The notes below the pieces were generated by a model. That model had not been told where the DNA came from. It worked only from the letters and a program-made list of their open reading frames with translations, and searched no databases. Shown piece after piece: positions 24,410 to 31,202 of a stretch of DNA of 64,000 bases (position 1 is its first letter; every line of letters begins with the position of its first letter). The position numbers and the translations under genes are program-made. Source of the DNA: a virus; the IMG/VR virus record IMGVR_UViG_3300044712_000991, positions 130,279 through 194,278 of that record. One strand, written 5' to 3'.

Positions 24410-25817
24410 TGCGCACCTCCTCCTCCTTGTCGAGTACTTCGCGCATCGTGTGCAGGAAGACCATCGCACACGCGGGAACTATGGCGTTCCCGATGGCTTT
24501 GACTTGGGCTTGCCTTTCAGGTATTCCCTTACCCACGCGGATAAGAAGTTCCCTGTCGGCCACGTCCATCCCAACGGGTAGCCCATCAGCCAGCACTCCC
24601 ATACGGGGTTCAACTGCCCACCAATCGGCGGTCGTGTAGCCCCCGCCTCCTGTGGCGCACTCCCCACCGCATCCCTCAACTTGACACCCCACCGCGTGCC
24701 TTCCCGATTCTCCCTGTACCATCCATGACCATCGTTGGTCGCCCTCACCGCTCCACCTTCGGCATCCGATGCCCTCGGGGTCGGCCACGGAGTCTGATCG
24801 ACCGTCGTGAGCGCTACGGTGTCCGCGAGGTTCAGGCTGTGCGAGTTCTGACCGTTCTTGGTCAGCCTCCTCCCCGTGGGGCTCAGCACCGCATCGGGGT
24901 GCTCCACTTCCTGCGCCGTTGGGGTCGGCCACTGCACCTGCTCCGCCAAGCACCCCGGCACCCAGTGCCTCCCGATGGACTCCCTGTAGGCCTTCCTGCG
25001 CTCGTACCTCCCCGGTCCCCCCGCAATCTCCACCACAGTCGGTGTCAGCCACAGCCTCTCGATCACCAGGGCCATCGTGGTCAGCGACAACCGTGTGGGT
25101 CGCACCACAGGCACAGGAGTGTCCGTGAGGATCAGTTCCTCGGGGGATGGCGTACGCCCCACTCTGAATCTCTCCGAGCGCACCGCCTCCGTCGCCCTCG
25201 GTGTCCCCACCCAGACGTTCACTATCGGTCCCCTGCGAGACCAACGCTTCCCACCAGTCGTCGGGGAGTCCCCGGGTGCCCGTGGGGTTGCACACGATCC
25301 AGATGCGGTCTCGTTTGTGGGGAGCTCCAAGCTGCCACGCGCCGAAACGATGCCATTCCGCATCGTACCCGATTTCGGCCAAGTCAGTGAGGACTCGCTT
25401 GAAGAACTGCCCTTTTTCGGACGTGAGGAGCCCAGGGACATTTTCAAACAGCGCCCAACGGGGTCGTACGTTGCTAAGGGCTCGGACGCACTCACTCCAG
25501 AGATCACGCGTGTCTTCCGAGGCTTTGCGCTTGCCCGCGAGCGAGTGGGGCTGGCAGGGGAAGCCCCCTGTGATGAGGTTGATTCCGTCGAACCGTTCTT
25601 CGGTCCAGTCGATTTTCGTGATGTCGCCAAGGCAGATGCTCCCAGGAAAGTTTCGGTGATAGATAGAACACGAGAACTCTTCGATGTCCGCGTGAGCCAC
25701 GTTACAGTAGCGCTCTCCCCACACAGCACGGGCGGCCACAGAGAAGCCTCCAATGCCCGAGAAGAGGTCGAGGTGTTTGATCCGGTCATCCACAATCGGC
25801 AGAGGTGTGAGCATCAT
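24399..25817 (-). CDS. C5 DNA cytosine methyltransferase, alpha chain (motifs I-VIII and X)
   Basis: DLFSGIGG, GGFPCQ, FENVPG, HKRDRIWIV, VKAIGNAIVP. Confidence 0.9.
   Translation of the reverse strand: MMLTPLPIVDDRIKHLDLFSGIGGFSVAARAVWGERYCNVAHADIEEFSCSIYHRNFPGSICLGDITKIDWTEERFDGINLITGGFPCQPHSLAGKRKASEDTRDLWSECVRALSNVRPRWALFENVPGLLTSEKGQFFKRVLTDLAEIGYDAEWHRFGAWQLGAPHKRDRIWIVCNPTGTRGLPDDWWEALVSQGTDSERLGGDTEGDGGGALGEIQSGAYAIPRGTDPHGHSCACGATHTVVADHDGPGDREAVADTDCGGDCGGTGEVRAQEGLQGVHREALGAGVLGGAGAVADPNGAGSGAPRCGAEPHGEEADQERSELAQPEPRGHRSAHDGRSDSVADPEGIGCRRWSGEGDQRWSWMVQGESGRHAVGCQVEGCGGECATGGGGYTTADWWAVEPRMGVLADGLPVGMDVADRELLIRVGKGIPERQAQVKAIGNAIVPACAMVFLHTMREVLDKEEEVRNGL
24479..25795 (-). CDS. 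Nested alternative-frame ORF: putative MTase beta chain (TRD + motif IX); start uncertain (25363 possible)
   Basis: 438 codons open inside the MTase; WLTPT/WPTPT/WPTPR repeats and GQLNPVWECWLMGYPLGWT. Confidence 0.7.
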   Translation of the reverse strand: MWMTGSNTSTSSRALEASLWPPVLCGESATVTWLTRTSKSSRVLSITETFLGASALATSRKSTGPKNGSTESTSSQGASPASPTRSRASAKPRKTRVISGVSASEPLATYDPVGRCLKMSLGSSRPKKGSSSSESSLTWPKSGTMRNGIVSARGSLELPTNETASGSCATPRAPGDSPTTGGKRWSRRGPIVNVWVGTPRATEAVRSERFRVGRTPSPEELILTDTPVPVVRPTRLSLTTMALVIERLWLTPTVVEIAGGPGRYERRKAYRESIGRHWVPGCLAEQVQWPTPTAQEVEHPDAVLSPTGRRLTKNGQNSHSLNLADTVALTTVDQTPWPTPRASDAEGGAVRATNDGHGWYRENREGTRWGVKLRDAVGSAPQEAGATRPPIGGQLNPVWECWLMGYPLGWTWPTGNFLSAWVREYLKGKPKSKPSGTP

Positions 25818-26023
25818 CCTTTAAGTGCTCCATTGGGCATAGATGCTCTGTTCGAGAATGTAACAAACCACCCGAAGTCGAACCACCTGGGTCTCTTCCA
25901 CACGCCCACCACGCGAAGCAGGAGCCCCGATGTACAGTCGTGTCTGACTGCTATCGCATCGACCTCCACCACATCACCCTTCTTGAGTCGGGGTGAATAC
26001 GTGTCCTTGAGTGTCATTTTCAT
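25814..26023 (-). CDS. Hypothetical protein
   Basis: ATGA overlaps. Confidence 0.55.
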   Translation of the reverse strand: MKMTLKDTYSPRLKKGDVVEVDAIAVRHDCTSGLLLRVVGVWKRPRWFDFGWFVTFSNRASMPNGALKG

Positions 26024-26244
26024 TGTATGTCCCTCGCCTTTCTCTGCTGGGTTGTACGCTTTCTGTACTCTGCAATCCACACCACGGCGGTGACCACCAT
26101 GTAGAACCCCGGGACGATGAACGTCATGATGGTCGCCACTTCTTTCCAGTCGATGACCACCCAGTACAGGCATAGAAATATGAGGAAGATGGAGGTGGCT
26201 ATGGCGAACCCGCCCATTGCCCCCGCCTCGTGTTCGTTTCTCAT
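26020..26244 (-). CDS. 2-TM membrane protein
   Basis: Two hydrophobic segments. Confidence 0.6.
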   Translation of the reverse strand: MRNEHEAGAMGGFAIATSIFLIFLCLYWVVIDWKEVATIMTFIVPGFYMVVTAVVWIAEYRKRTTQQRKARDIQ

Positions 26245-26615
26245 GCGGGGTCTTCTCCCTTTTTGTCTTCTCGTTTGATGTTCAGCAACAGCCGCTCATA
26301 CGGGTCATCCTGCACAGGCGCAGGTACGGGCTCGGTGGGCGTAGATAGCCCCTCCGCCCTCTTAATGGCATCCAGCATAGCGCGGGTCAGTTTGCTAGGC
26401 AGTGGCTCACGAACGGCTAGTTTCAGTAAGGCAAGCATTGCTGGTGCTTCCGCCATCAGCCTCAGGTCGGCTTCCCGCTGCTCCTCATCTCCGTAGCCCG
26501 TGTAGTCCTCCTCACCAACGGCGAGGTCGTACGACATACCGGGGGCTCGCTGACCACGGATGAACATCACGCCGTTGCGCTTACAGAATGTCCAGGGTGT
26601 GGGTGAGTGTTTCAT
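26241..26615 (-). CDS. Phage hypothetical protein (MKHxPxPW / ADxxLMAxAP family)
   Basis: MKHSPTPW...ADLRLMAEAPAMLALLK; AAGGAG SD. Confidence 0.65.
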   Translation of the reverse strand: MKHSPTPWTFCKRNGVMFIRGQRAPGMSYDLAVGEEDYTGYGDEEQREADLRLMAEAPAMLALLKLAVREPLPSKLTRAMLDAIKRAEGLSTPTEPVPAPVQDDPYERLLLNIKREDKKGEDPA

Positions 26616-26638
26616 GCTGTGTTCTCCTTGTGGTGCAC

Positions 26639-26667
26639 AATATACACTATTGAGACTTCAAAGTCAA
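26639..26667 (-). promoter_or_regulatory. sigma70 promoter TTGACT-N17-TATATT
   Basis: -35 at 26662-26667, -10 at 26639-26644. Confidence 0.8.
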
Positions 26668-26671
26668 GTCC

Positions 26672-26932
26672 TCACTTGACTTTTCTCTTCTTGGGTTCCC
26701 CGAGAATGAAGGTCAGTCCGATAGTGTTGAGACTGATACCCACAATGGGCGTATCCACCCCCAGATACTTATACGTCTTGAGAAGTTCCTTGACCAACCT
26801 CTGCAAGGCCGGTCGCAGAGCACAGTTCTTCACCATGGCATCTGTGATGTTGATGTGTGCCCCGCCTATGGTCATTGATCTTGACCGCTCATCCATCGGG
26901 GATTTCTTCGCTCGATAAAAATCAACGCTCAT
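26672..26932 (-). CDS. Hypothetical protein
   Basis: GGAGG SD. Confidence 0.6.
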   Translation of the reverse strand: MSVDFYRAKKSPMDERSRSMTIGGAHINITDAMVKNCALRPALQRLVKELLKTYKYLGVDTPIVGISLNTIGLTFILGEPKKRKVK

Positions 26933-26961
26933 ATACCCTCCTCGGTTAGTTGTTCAAGTTG

Positions 26962-27036
26962 TGGATGCTGAGGGAGTCGAACCCCCGACCCCCGCCTTGT
27001 AAGGGCGGTGCTCTTAACCTACTGAGCTAAGCATCC
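26962..27036 (-). tRNA. tRNA-Val(TAC), CCA not encoded
   Basis: GGATGCT/AGCATCC acceptor, CCGCC-CTTACAA-GGCGG anticodon arm, TTCGA T-loop. Confidence 0.92.
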
Positions 27037-27039
27037 AAT

Positions 27040-27225
27040 AGAAGTACAGTATGTGGCTTCGCCGTTGTGTCGCCAACGGAGCTGGATACGATATCGGAGT
27101 CGTTGCTCAATCGCTCTCCGGTGAGTTTTCCACCACACGGTCAGCGTACGACGGATGCTACTTGTGCTGCGCTGAGAGTCGTACACCTACCTCACACGGT
27201 CCGTCCTTGCGGCTACTGTACCTCT
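27040..27225 (-). ncRNA. Candidate 186-nt structured RNA filling the tRNA-CAT / tRNA-Val spacer
   Basis: 12-bp closing stem AGAGGUACAGUA/UACUGUACUUCU; internal stems GUACGAC/GUCGUAC, CCGUUG/CAACGG, GGUG/CACC, GGAG/CUCC. Confidence 0.6.
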
Positions 27226-27227
27226 TG

Positions 27228-27301
27228 TGGACCCGCCCCGACTCGAACGGGGGACTACCTGATTATGAGTCAGGTGCTCTAACCAACTGAGCTACGGGTC
27301 C
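27228..27301 (-). tRNA. tRNA(CAT), probably Ile2 (lysidine type) rather than Met; CCA not encoded
   Basis: GGACCCG/CGGGTCC acceptor with C4-G69 and C5-G68; CCTGA-CTCATAA-TCAGG. Confidence 0.88.
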
Positions 27302-27312
27302 AGTACCGACTG

Positions 27313-27495
27313 CTACTTAGCGAAGTGCTCTCCCAGGGTCTTGCACGCCCACGCGAGCACGAGACACGCGAGGACACCCAAAACTCCAAAGGAGAGCCCC
27401 CAATCCTCCCGCCGAATGGTCACCACGAGCGCCCAGATGAGACCGATAAAGAAGACCAAGAGGATGCCACCTGCGAGAATGATCTGCCAATCCAT
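27313..27495 (-). CDS. Small 2-TM membrane protein (MDWQ paralog)
   Basis: MDWQIILAGG...; AAGGAG SD. Confidence 0.65.
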   Translation of the reverse strand: MDWQIILAGGILLVFFIGLIWALVVTIRREDWGLSFGVLGVLACLVLAWACKTLGEHFAK

Positions 27496-27532
27496 TACGT
27501 ACGCTCCTTTTCTTGTGTACTACATACTGCAC

Positions 27533-27727
27533 TCAGTGATACAGCCTATCGATGACCACGTGCACCGCCCACATACATACGACAATCACCGCGAACGCAC
27601 CGCAGAAGACAGCAAACGTCTTATCGTACGATCGCAGGGACTTCACAAGCGCCTCCACAAAGACCCACACCGAAGGCACGAGTACGACTGTAAGAATTGT
27701 CACGGCTACCCAAAACTGCCAATCCAT
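27533..27727 (-). CDS. Small 2-TM membrane protein (MDWQ paralog)
   Basis: MDWQFWVAV...; GGAGG SD. Confidence 0.65.
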   Translation of the reverse strand: MDWQFWVAVTILTVVLVPSVWVFVEALVKSLRSYDKTFAVFCGAFAVIVVCMWAVHVVIDRLYH

Positions 27728-27750
27728 AGCGACCTCCCTCTGAATGTTTG

Positions 27751-27832
27751 TGTCGAGAACAGGACTTGAACCTGCATGGGTCTCCCCAGTGGCTCCTAAG
27801 GCCACCGCGTCTGCCAATTCCGCCATCCCGAC
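27751..27832 (-). tRNA. tRNA-Leu(TAG), CCA not encoded
   Basis: GTCGGGA/TCTCGAC acceptor, GGCGGAATTGGCAGACGC D-arm, GTGGC-CTTAGGA-GCCAC, long variable arm. Confidence 0.9.
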
Positions 27833-27873
27833 ATTGTATCTAGGCTGTTAAGTTCCTTGTGTGCTGTAATGAC

Positions 27874-28170
27874 TCACCAGGCGAAACGTGGGTATTTAGA
27901 ATTCATGTGTCTCACTTGCTCACAAGCGATCATCGCATCGTATTCTTGTTTAGGGATAGTCTTCCAGTTCATAATAGTCACACTACGCGAGGGATTCGTC
28001 GTCTCCCGCCACCACTGGAGCGGATGTACATTCACCACAAAATTCGCATACGCAGGCACGCCATCCGCCCCCGAGATGAACGCTGTCACTAGGTAGTAGG
28101 TAGTCTGCGTGACTTCCCGCTGTTCAACAGACTTGGAGATCGGGCGCTTACGTGGCGATACTTTTTTCAT
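27874..28170 (-). CDS. Hypothetical protein
   Basis: AAGGTG SD. Confidence 0.55.
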   Translation of the reverse strand: MKKVSPRKRPISKSVEQREVTQTTYYLVTAFISGADGVPAYANFVVNVHPLQWWRETTNPSRSVTIMNWKTIPKQEYDAMIACEQVRHMNSKYPRFAW

Positions 28171-28174
28171 TGTT

Positions 28175-28357
28175 TCACCTTGTGATGAAATTGGATGTTT
28201 GGATATTGATTAGCGCCCTCCGGCGCTCAACCTTCAGGTACTCCCCGAGCGCGAGCCTCGCGGGTCGGCAACTGTTAATGTGCGCTTGAAAGTTCGCCTC
28301 GGGGCGCACCACCCGCTTCTGACAGTGGGGGCACTTCGCTACCTGGATGGTGGTCAT
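28175..28357 (-). CDS. Small zinc-finger protein
   Basis: CPHC...AHINSC. Confidence 0.55.
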   Translation of the reverse strand: MTTIQVAKCPHCQKRVVRPEANFQAHINSCRPARLALGEYLKVERRRALINIQTSNFITR

Positions 28358-28620
28358 GCGTGCACAATCTCCCCATCGTTAGGAACCGACCCTGTCTGAC
28401 GGTAGAAGTCATACTGCGCTTTCGTTATCTCCTGACAGAACAGTATTGGTGTACTCATGTGACCCGTTGCCCAATCCATGGGATCACTGCTGGTTACAGT
28501 AAACCCCACACTCCACCGGCCATCGCGGGGGCTACGTCCCACAGTAATGTAGTAGTACTTCTCGGCATCCCCTCCCGCCGAGGAGGGTACAGTACGGTTG
28601 GACACTCTCAAGGGGCTCAT
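28354..28620 (-). CDS. Hypothetical protein
   Basis: ATGA overlaps. Confidence 0.55.
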   Translation of the reverse strand: MSPLRVSNRTVPSSAGGDAEKYYYITVGRSPRDGRWSVGFTVTSSDPMDWATGHMSTPILFCQEITKAQYDFYRQTGSVPNDGEIVHA

Positions 28621-29276
28621 GTGGTCTCCTTTTTGAACGCTGTGTTACCGATCTTCAGCAGGGTCACCCGTGGTGCCCACTGCTCGGCCATCGCCCTCGC
28701 GATGCCAGGGAAGGTCTTCGACCTCGCCTTCGCACGTTCTGCGGGCGGGAGTTTCCAGAGGTCGGCGTACCACTTGTCCATCGACTTCCCCGAACCGAAG
28801 ACCACACGCTCCCCTGGCTCGACCACATTTGTGGGCTCCAACAACGGAAGTCCACGGAGCCACAGGCAGGTCTTCTTCGAGTACGGATCACCGAACATGT
28901 ACGGCTGAATCACTTGGTCGGGCTTCCGCCACACCCGGGACATGATGCCCACGGGGTTCTCGATAGCCACTCGGGGGCACTTCGATGGGAGGATGGTCGC
29001 AAAGCGCATAAAGAAGTCCACGCCCTGCTGTTGCCGGCCATCCTTGCGCTTCTGTTCGAACCACGCAGCGCCCGAGACCGCGAGGTGCGTACACGGGGGA
29101 AAGGCGATGATCATATCCCACTGCTGATCGAGCAGGGGGAGGACATCCTGCTCCAAGTGCCACTCGGGGTGCGCCCCCGAGCAGGGGAGAATATCACAGG
29201 AGTACGCTTCATGCCCGAGCGCACGGAGTTCTGTCGTCACCGCCTGAGACTCTTCACACGCAACTAACACCCTCAT
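28617..29276 (-). CDS. Minimal phage C5 DNA methyltransferase (MRVLVACE family)
   Basis: MRVLVACEESQ, AFPPCTHL, VAIENPVG, RSKTFPGIARAMAEQW. Confidence 0.8.
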   Translation of the reverse strand: MRVLVACEESQAVTTELRALGHEAYSCDILPCSGAHPEWHLEQDVLPLLDQQWDMIIAFPPCTHLAVSGAAWFEQKRKDGRQQQGVDFFMRFATILPSKCPRVAIENPVGIMSRVWRKPDQVIQPYMFGDPYSKKTCLWLRGLPLLEPTNVVEPGERVVFGSGKSMDKWYADLWKLPPAERAKARSKTFPGIARAMAEQWAPRVTLLKIGNTAFKKETT

Positions 29277-29299
29277 CTGTCCTCCTAAAAGTTACCCCT

Positions 29300-29328
29300 A
29301 ATATACACACTCCGTTCGTGATTGTCAA
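29300..29328 (-). promoter_or_regulatory. sigma70 promoter TTGACA-N17-TATATT
   Basis: -35 at 29323-29328, -10 at 29300-29305. Confidence 0.8.
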
Positions 29329-29348
29329 CACCCCTTGAAAATAATGTT

Positions 29349-29951
29349 CTACCCCCATTGAGAAGCCATGGCCTTTGCGACACCCTCGAAGGTCTTGCTT
29401 GCTGTTTTCGCATCATGAGCCACGCCTCTACTCCCACCCCGCCCTCTAGCGAAGCCCCCCGTGTTGCTTGGTAAGTACGGTGTGAACTCCTTGACGACCT
29501 TCGTCGGAACAAGGGAGGGCAGTCCTTTGAGCCACAACAGCGTACGTTTTGAATACGGGTGACCAAATTGATACGGCTGTATGACCTGTGTTGGCTCAGG
29601 AAGCCCGATGATCTTCAATGGTGTTGGATTCTCTATGGCCACCCTGGGGCACCCACTACGGTAGAACATCATGAAAAACTCTTTTGCTTCCAACGCTTTT
29701 GCTAGACGCGCCTCATCCACATTCCCTGCCGTGGGGTACATGAACCTCGCGCCCGCCTTGCTCATATACGTGCACGGGGGGTGTGCGATTATCAAGTCCC
29801 ACCCATCATCTAGTACCTTCAGCACGTCGCCCTGTATGTGATTCCCTGGCGTCTCTGTCGGTAGCAGGTCGCAACTCCACGCATCGTGACCACGGGAGGC
29901 AAAGGCATCCCGGACAGCCCCGCTGAACTCACACGCGACGAGGACTCTCAC
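29349..29951 (-). CDS. Minimal phage C5 DNA methyltransferase (MRVLVACE family), paralog
   Basis: MRVLVACEFSG, AHPPCTYM, VAIENPTP, SKTFEGVAKAMASQW. Confidence 0.8.
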   Translation of the reverse strand: MRVLVACEFSGAVRDAFASRGHDAWSCDLLPTETPGNHIQGDVLKVLDDGWDLIIAHPPCTYMSKAGARFMYPTAGNVDEARLAKALEAKEFFMMFYRSGCPRVAIENPTPLKIIGLPEPTQVIQPYQFGHPYSKRTLLWLKGLPSLVPTKVVKEFTPYLPSNTGGFARGRGGSRGVAHDAKTASKTFEGVAKAMASQWG

Positions 29952-30073
29952 CCACCCTCCTCGGGATCAACGATGGGGCGGGTGTGGTACAGCCAGAGCG
30001 CCACGCCAGCACAGAAACTGACGATGCACCCCAAGGAGAACCCACATGCGAACTCAAACCATGGTCCTGGCAT
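29948..30073 (-). CDS. Tiny single-TM protein
   Basis: TAATG overlap; hydrophobic 41 aa. Confidence 0.45.
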   Translation of the reverse strand: MPGPWFEFACGFSLGCIVSFCAGVALWLYHTRPIVDPEEGG

Positions 30074-30729
30074 TAGTCTGCCCTTTCTGTTGGTGGTGTA
30101 CTTGTTTTGGGAAAAAGGTTCTCCATCGCGAGGCACACATCGAGCGCCAACGGATAGGGAATCTTCGCGGAGTCGAACTTGGACATCCCTTGGACTCCCG
30201 TGGTAGACCCACGAGGGGCGCGTACATGGCAGGGGTCTCCGTTGTTGCATGTCGGCTTGAGCACCAAACCCTCGGGGAACCTACCCCACAGGTCGGTGGG
30301 CTTCATCACGTGCTTCCCGTACTGACACTGCGTGACCGTCCGCCGTTCATACTCATCGAGCCACCCCATCTTCCGCAGTTTGGCTCTCGGGTTCTCGATG
30401 ATGAAGTACAGGTTGGGATTGGTCTCCTGGGCGCGTTTGATGATCCACTTCGTGCGCAGGACGAGTTCCTGCCCCAGGATGGCCGTGGCGCTCTTCGGTT
30501 GGTTGTCGTGTGTCCAGTTCTTGGAGATGCTGAGGATGCTGAAGGACTGACATGGGGGTGAGGCGAGAATGATGTCGAACACCCCCCAGTCGTGGGGGTC
30601 GAACGTACGGACATCCCTGTGCTCGGCTGGAAAGCGTTCATCGAGTTCCACGCGCACCACTTCGTGCCCACGGTCTCGAAACGGCTGTGACCACCCTTCT
30701 TTGCCTGAAAACAGATCAAGAACTCTCAC
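30073..30729 (-). CDS. C5 DNA cytosine methyltransferase
   Basis: GTG start with GGAGG; LDLFSG, ASPPCQSFS, IIENPRA, KPTDLW. Confidence 0.82.
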   Translation of the reverse strand: MRVLDLFSGKEGWSQPFRDRGHEVVRVELDERFPAEHRDVRTFDPHDWGVFDIILASPPCQSFSILSISKNWTHDNQPKSATAILGQELVLRTKWIIKRAQETNPNLYFIIENPRAKLRKMGWLDEYERRTVTQCQYGKHVMKPTDLWGRFPEGLVLKPTCNNGDPCHVRAPRGSTTGVQGMSKFDSAKIPYPLALDVCLAMENLFPKTSTPPTERAD

Positions 30730-30754
30730 CCGCCCTCCTTCGTTTTGGTGTACC

Positions 30755-30783
30755 AATATACACAAAGGAAGAGCGAAAGTCAA
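30755..30783 (-). promoter_or_regulatory. sigma70 promoter TTGACT-N17-TATATT
   Basis: -35 at 30778-30783, -10 at 30755-30760. Confidence 0.8.
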
Positions 30784-30786
30784 GTC

Positions 30787-31167
30787 CTAACTGCGGGCGC
30801 GAACGGCACTCAAATTAACTTTGGAAGGATAGGAGGATGGGAGGATATCCGTGGACAACCATGCGACATGCACGAGGTTCTTCACCGTGAACAGTCCCTG
30901 CTGACCATCAAGGAACTCCACAACGAACAGCGAGTCGCTCTTGCGGGGAACAATGTAGTTCTCAGCGTGCTTATACCGCCACCAGTGGTGCATGGCGGTT
31001 CCTGGAGCGTAGAGGTGCTTTACCTGCCCAATGCTGCGCAGGTAGTGCATATTCTGAGATACACGCCCCACACTCGTGGATACCACGAGCACATGCGATC
31101 CCTCAAGGATGGGGAGGTTCGGAATGGAGCCATAGGTCAACCCCTTATGTTTGAATACAATGCTCAT
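30787..31167 (-). CDS. Hypothetical protein
   Basis: First gene after promoter 31173-31201. Confidence 0.6.
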   Translation of the reverse strand: MSIVFKHKGLTYGSIPNLPILEGSHVLVVSTSVGRVSQNMHYLRSIGQVKHLYAPGTAMHHWWRYKHAENYIVPRKSDSLFVVEFLDGQQGLFTVKNLVHVAWLSTDILPSSYPSKVNLSAVRARS

Positions 31168-31172
31168 ACGCC

Positions 31173-31201
31173 AATATACACAAAATTAGTGTGGAATGCA
31201 A
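31173..31201 (-). promoter_or_regulatory. sigma70 promoter TTGCAT-N17-TATATT (start of the early block)
   Basis: -35 at 31196-31201, -10 at 31173-31178. Confidence 0.65.
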
Positions 31202-31202
31202 A

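Noticed and set aside
24479-25795. Sequencing frameshift as the explanation for the two MTase frames
   Set aside because: Both frames are continuously open, and frame A itself contains both the N-terminal motifs and motif X.
197-26093. Long plus-strand ORFs (e.g. 197-1282, 4016-5428, 10445-11521, 12099-13004, 25077-26093)
   Set aside because: They are antisense shadows of well-supported minus-strand genes, with no SD, promoter or recognisable motifs.
27728-27826. N-terminal extension of ORF 27533-27826
   Set aside because: It runs through tRNA-Leu; the real start is the SD-preceded ATG at 27727.
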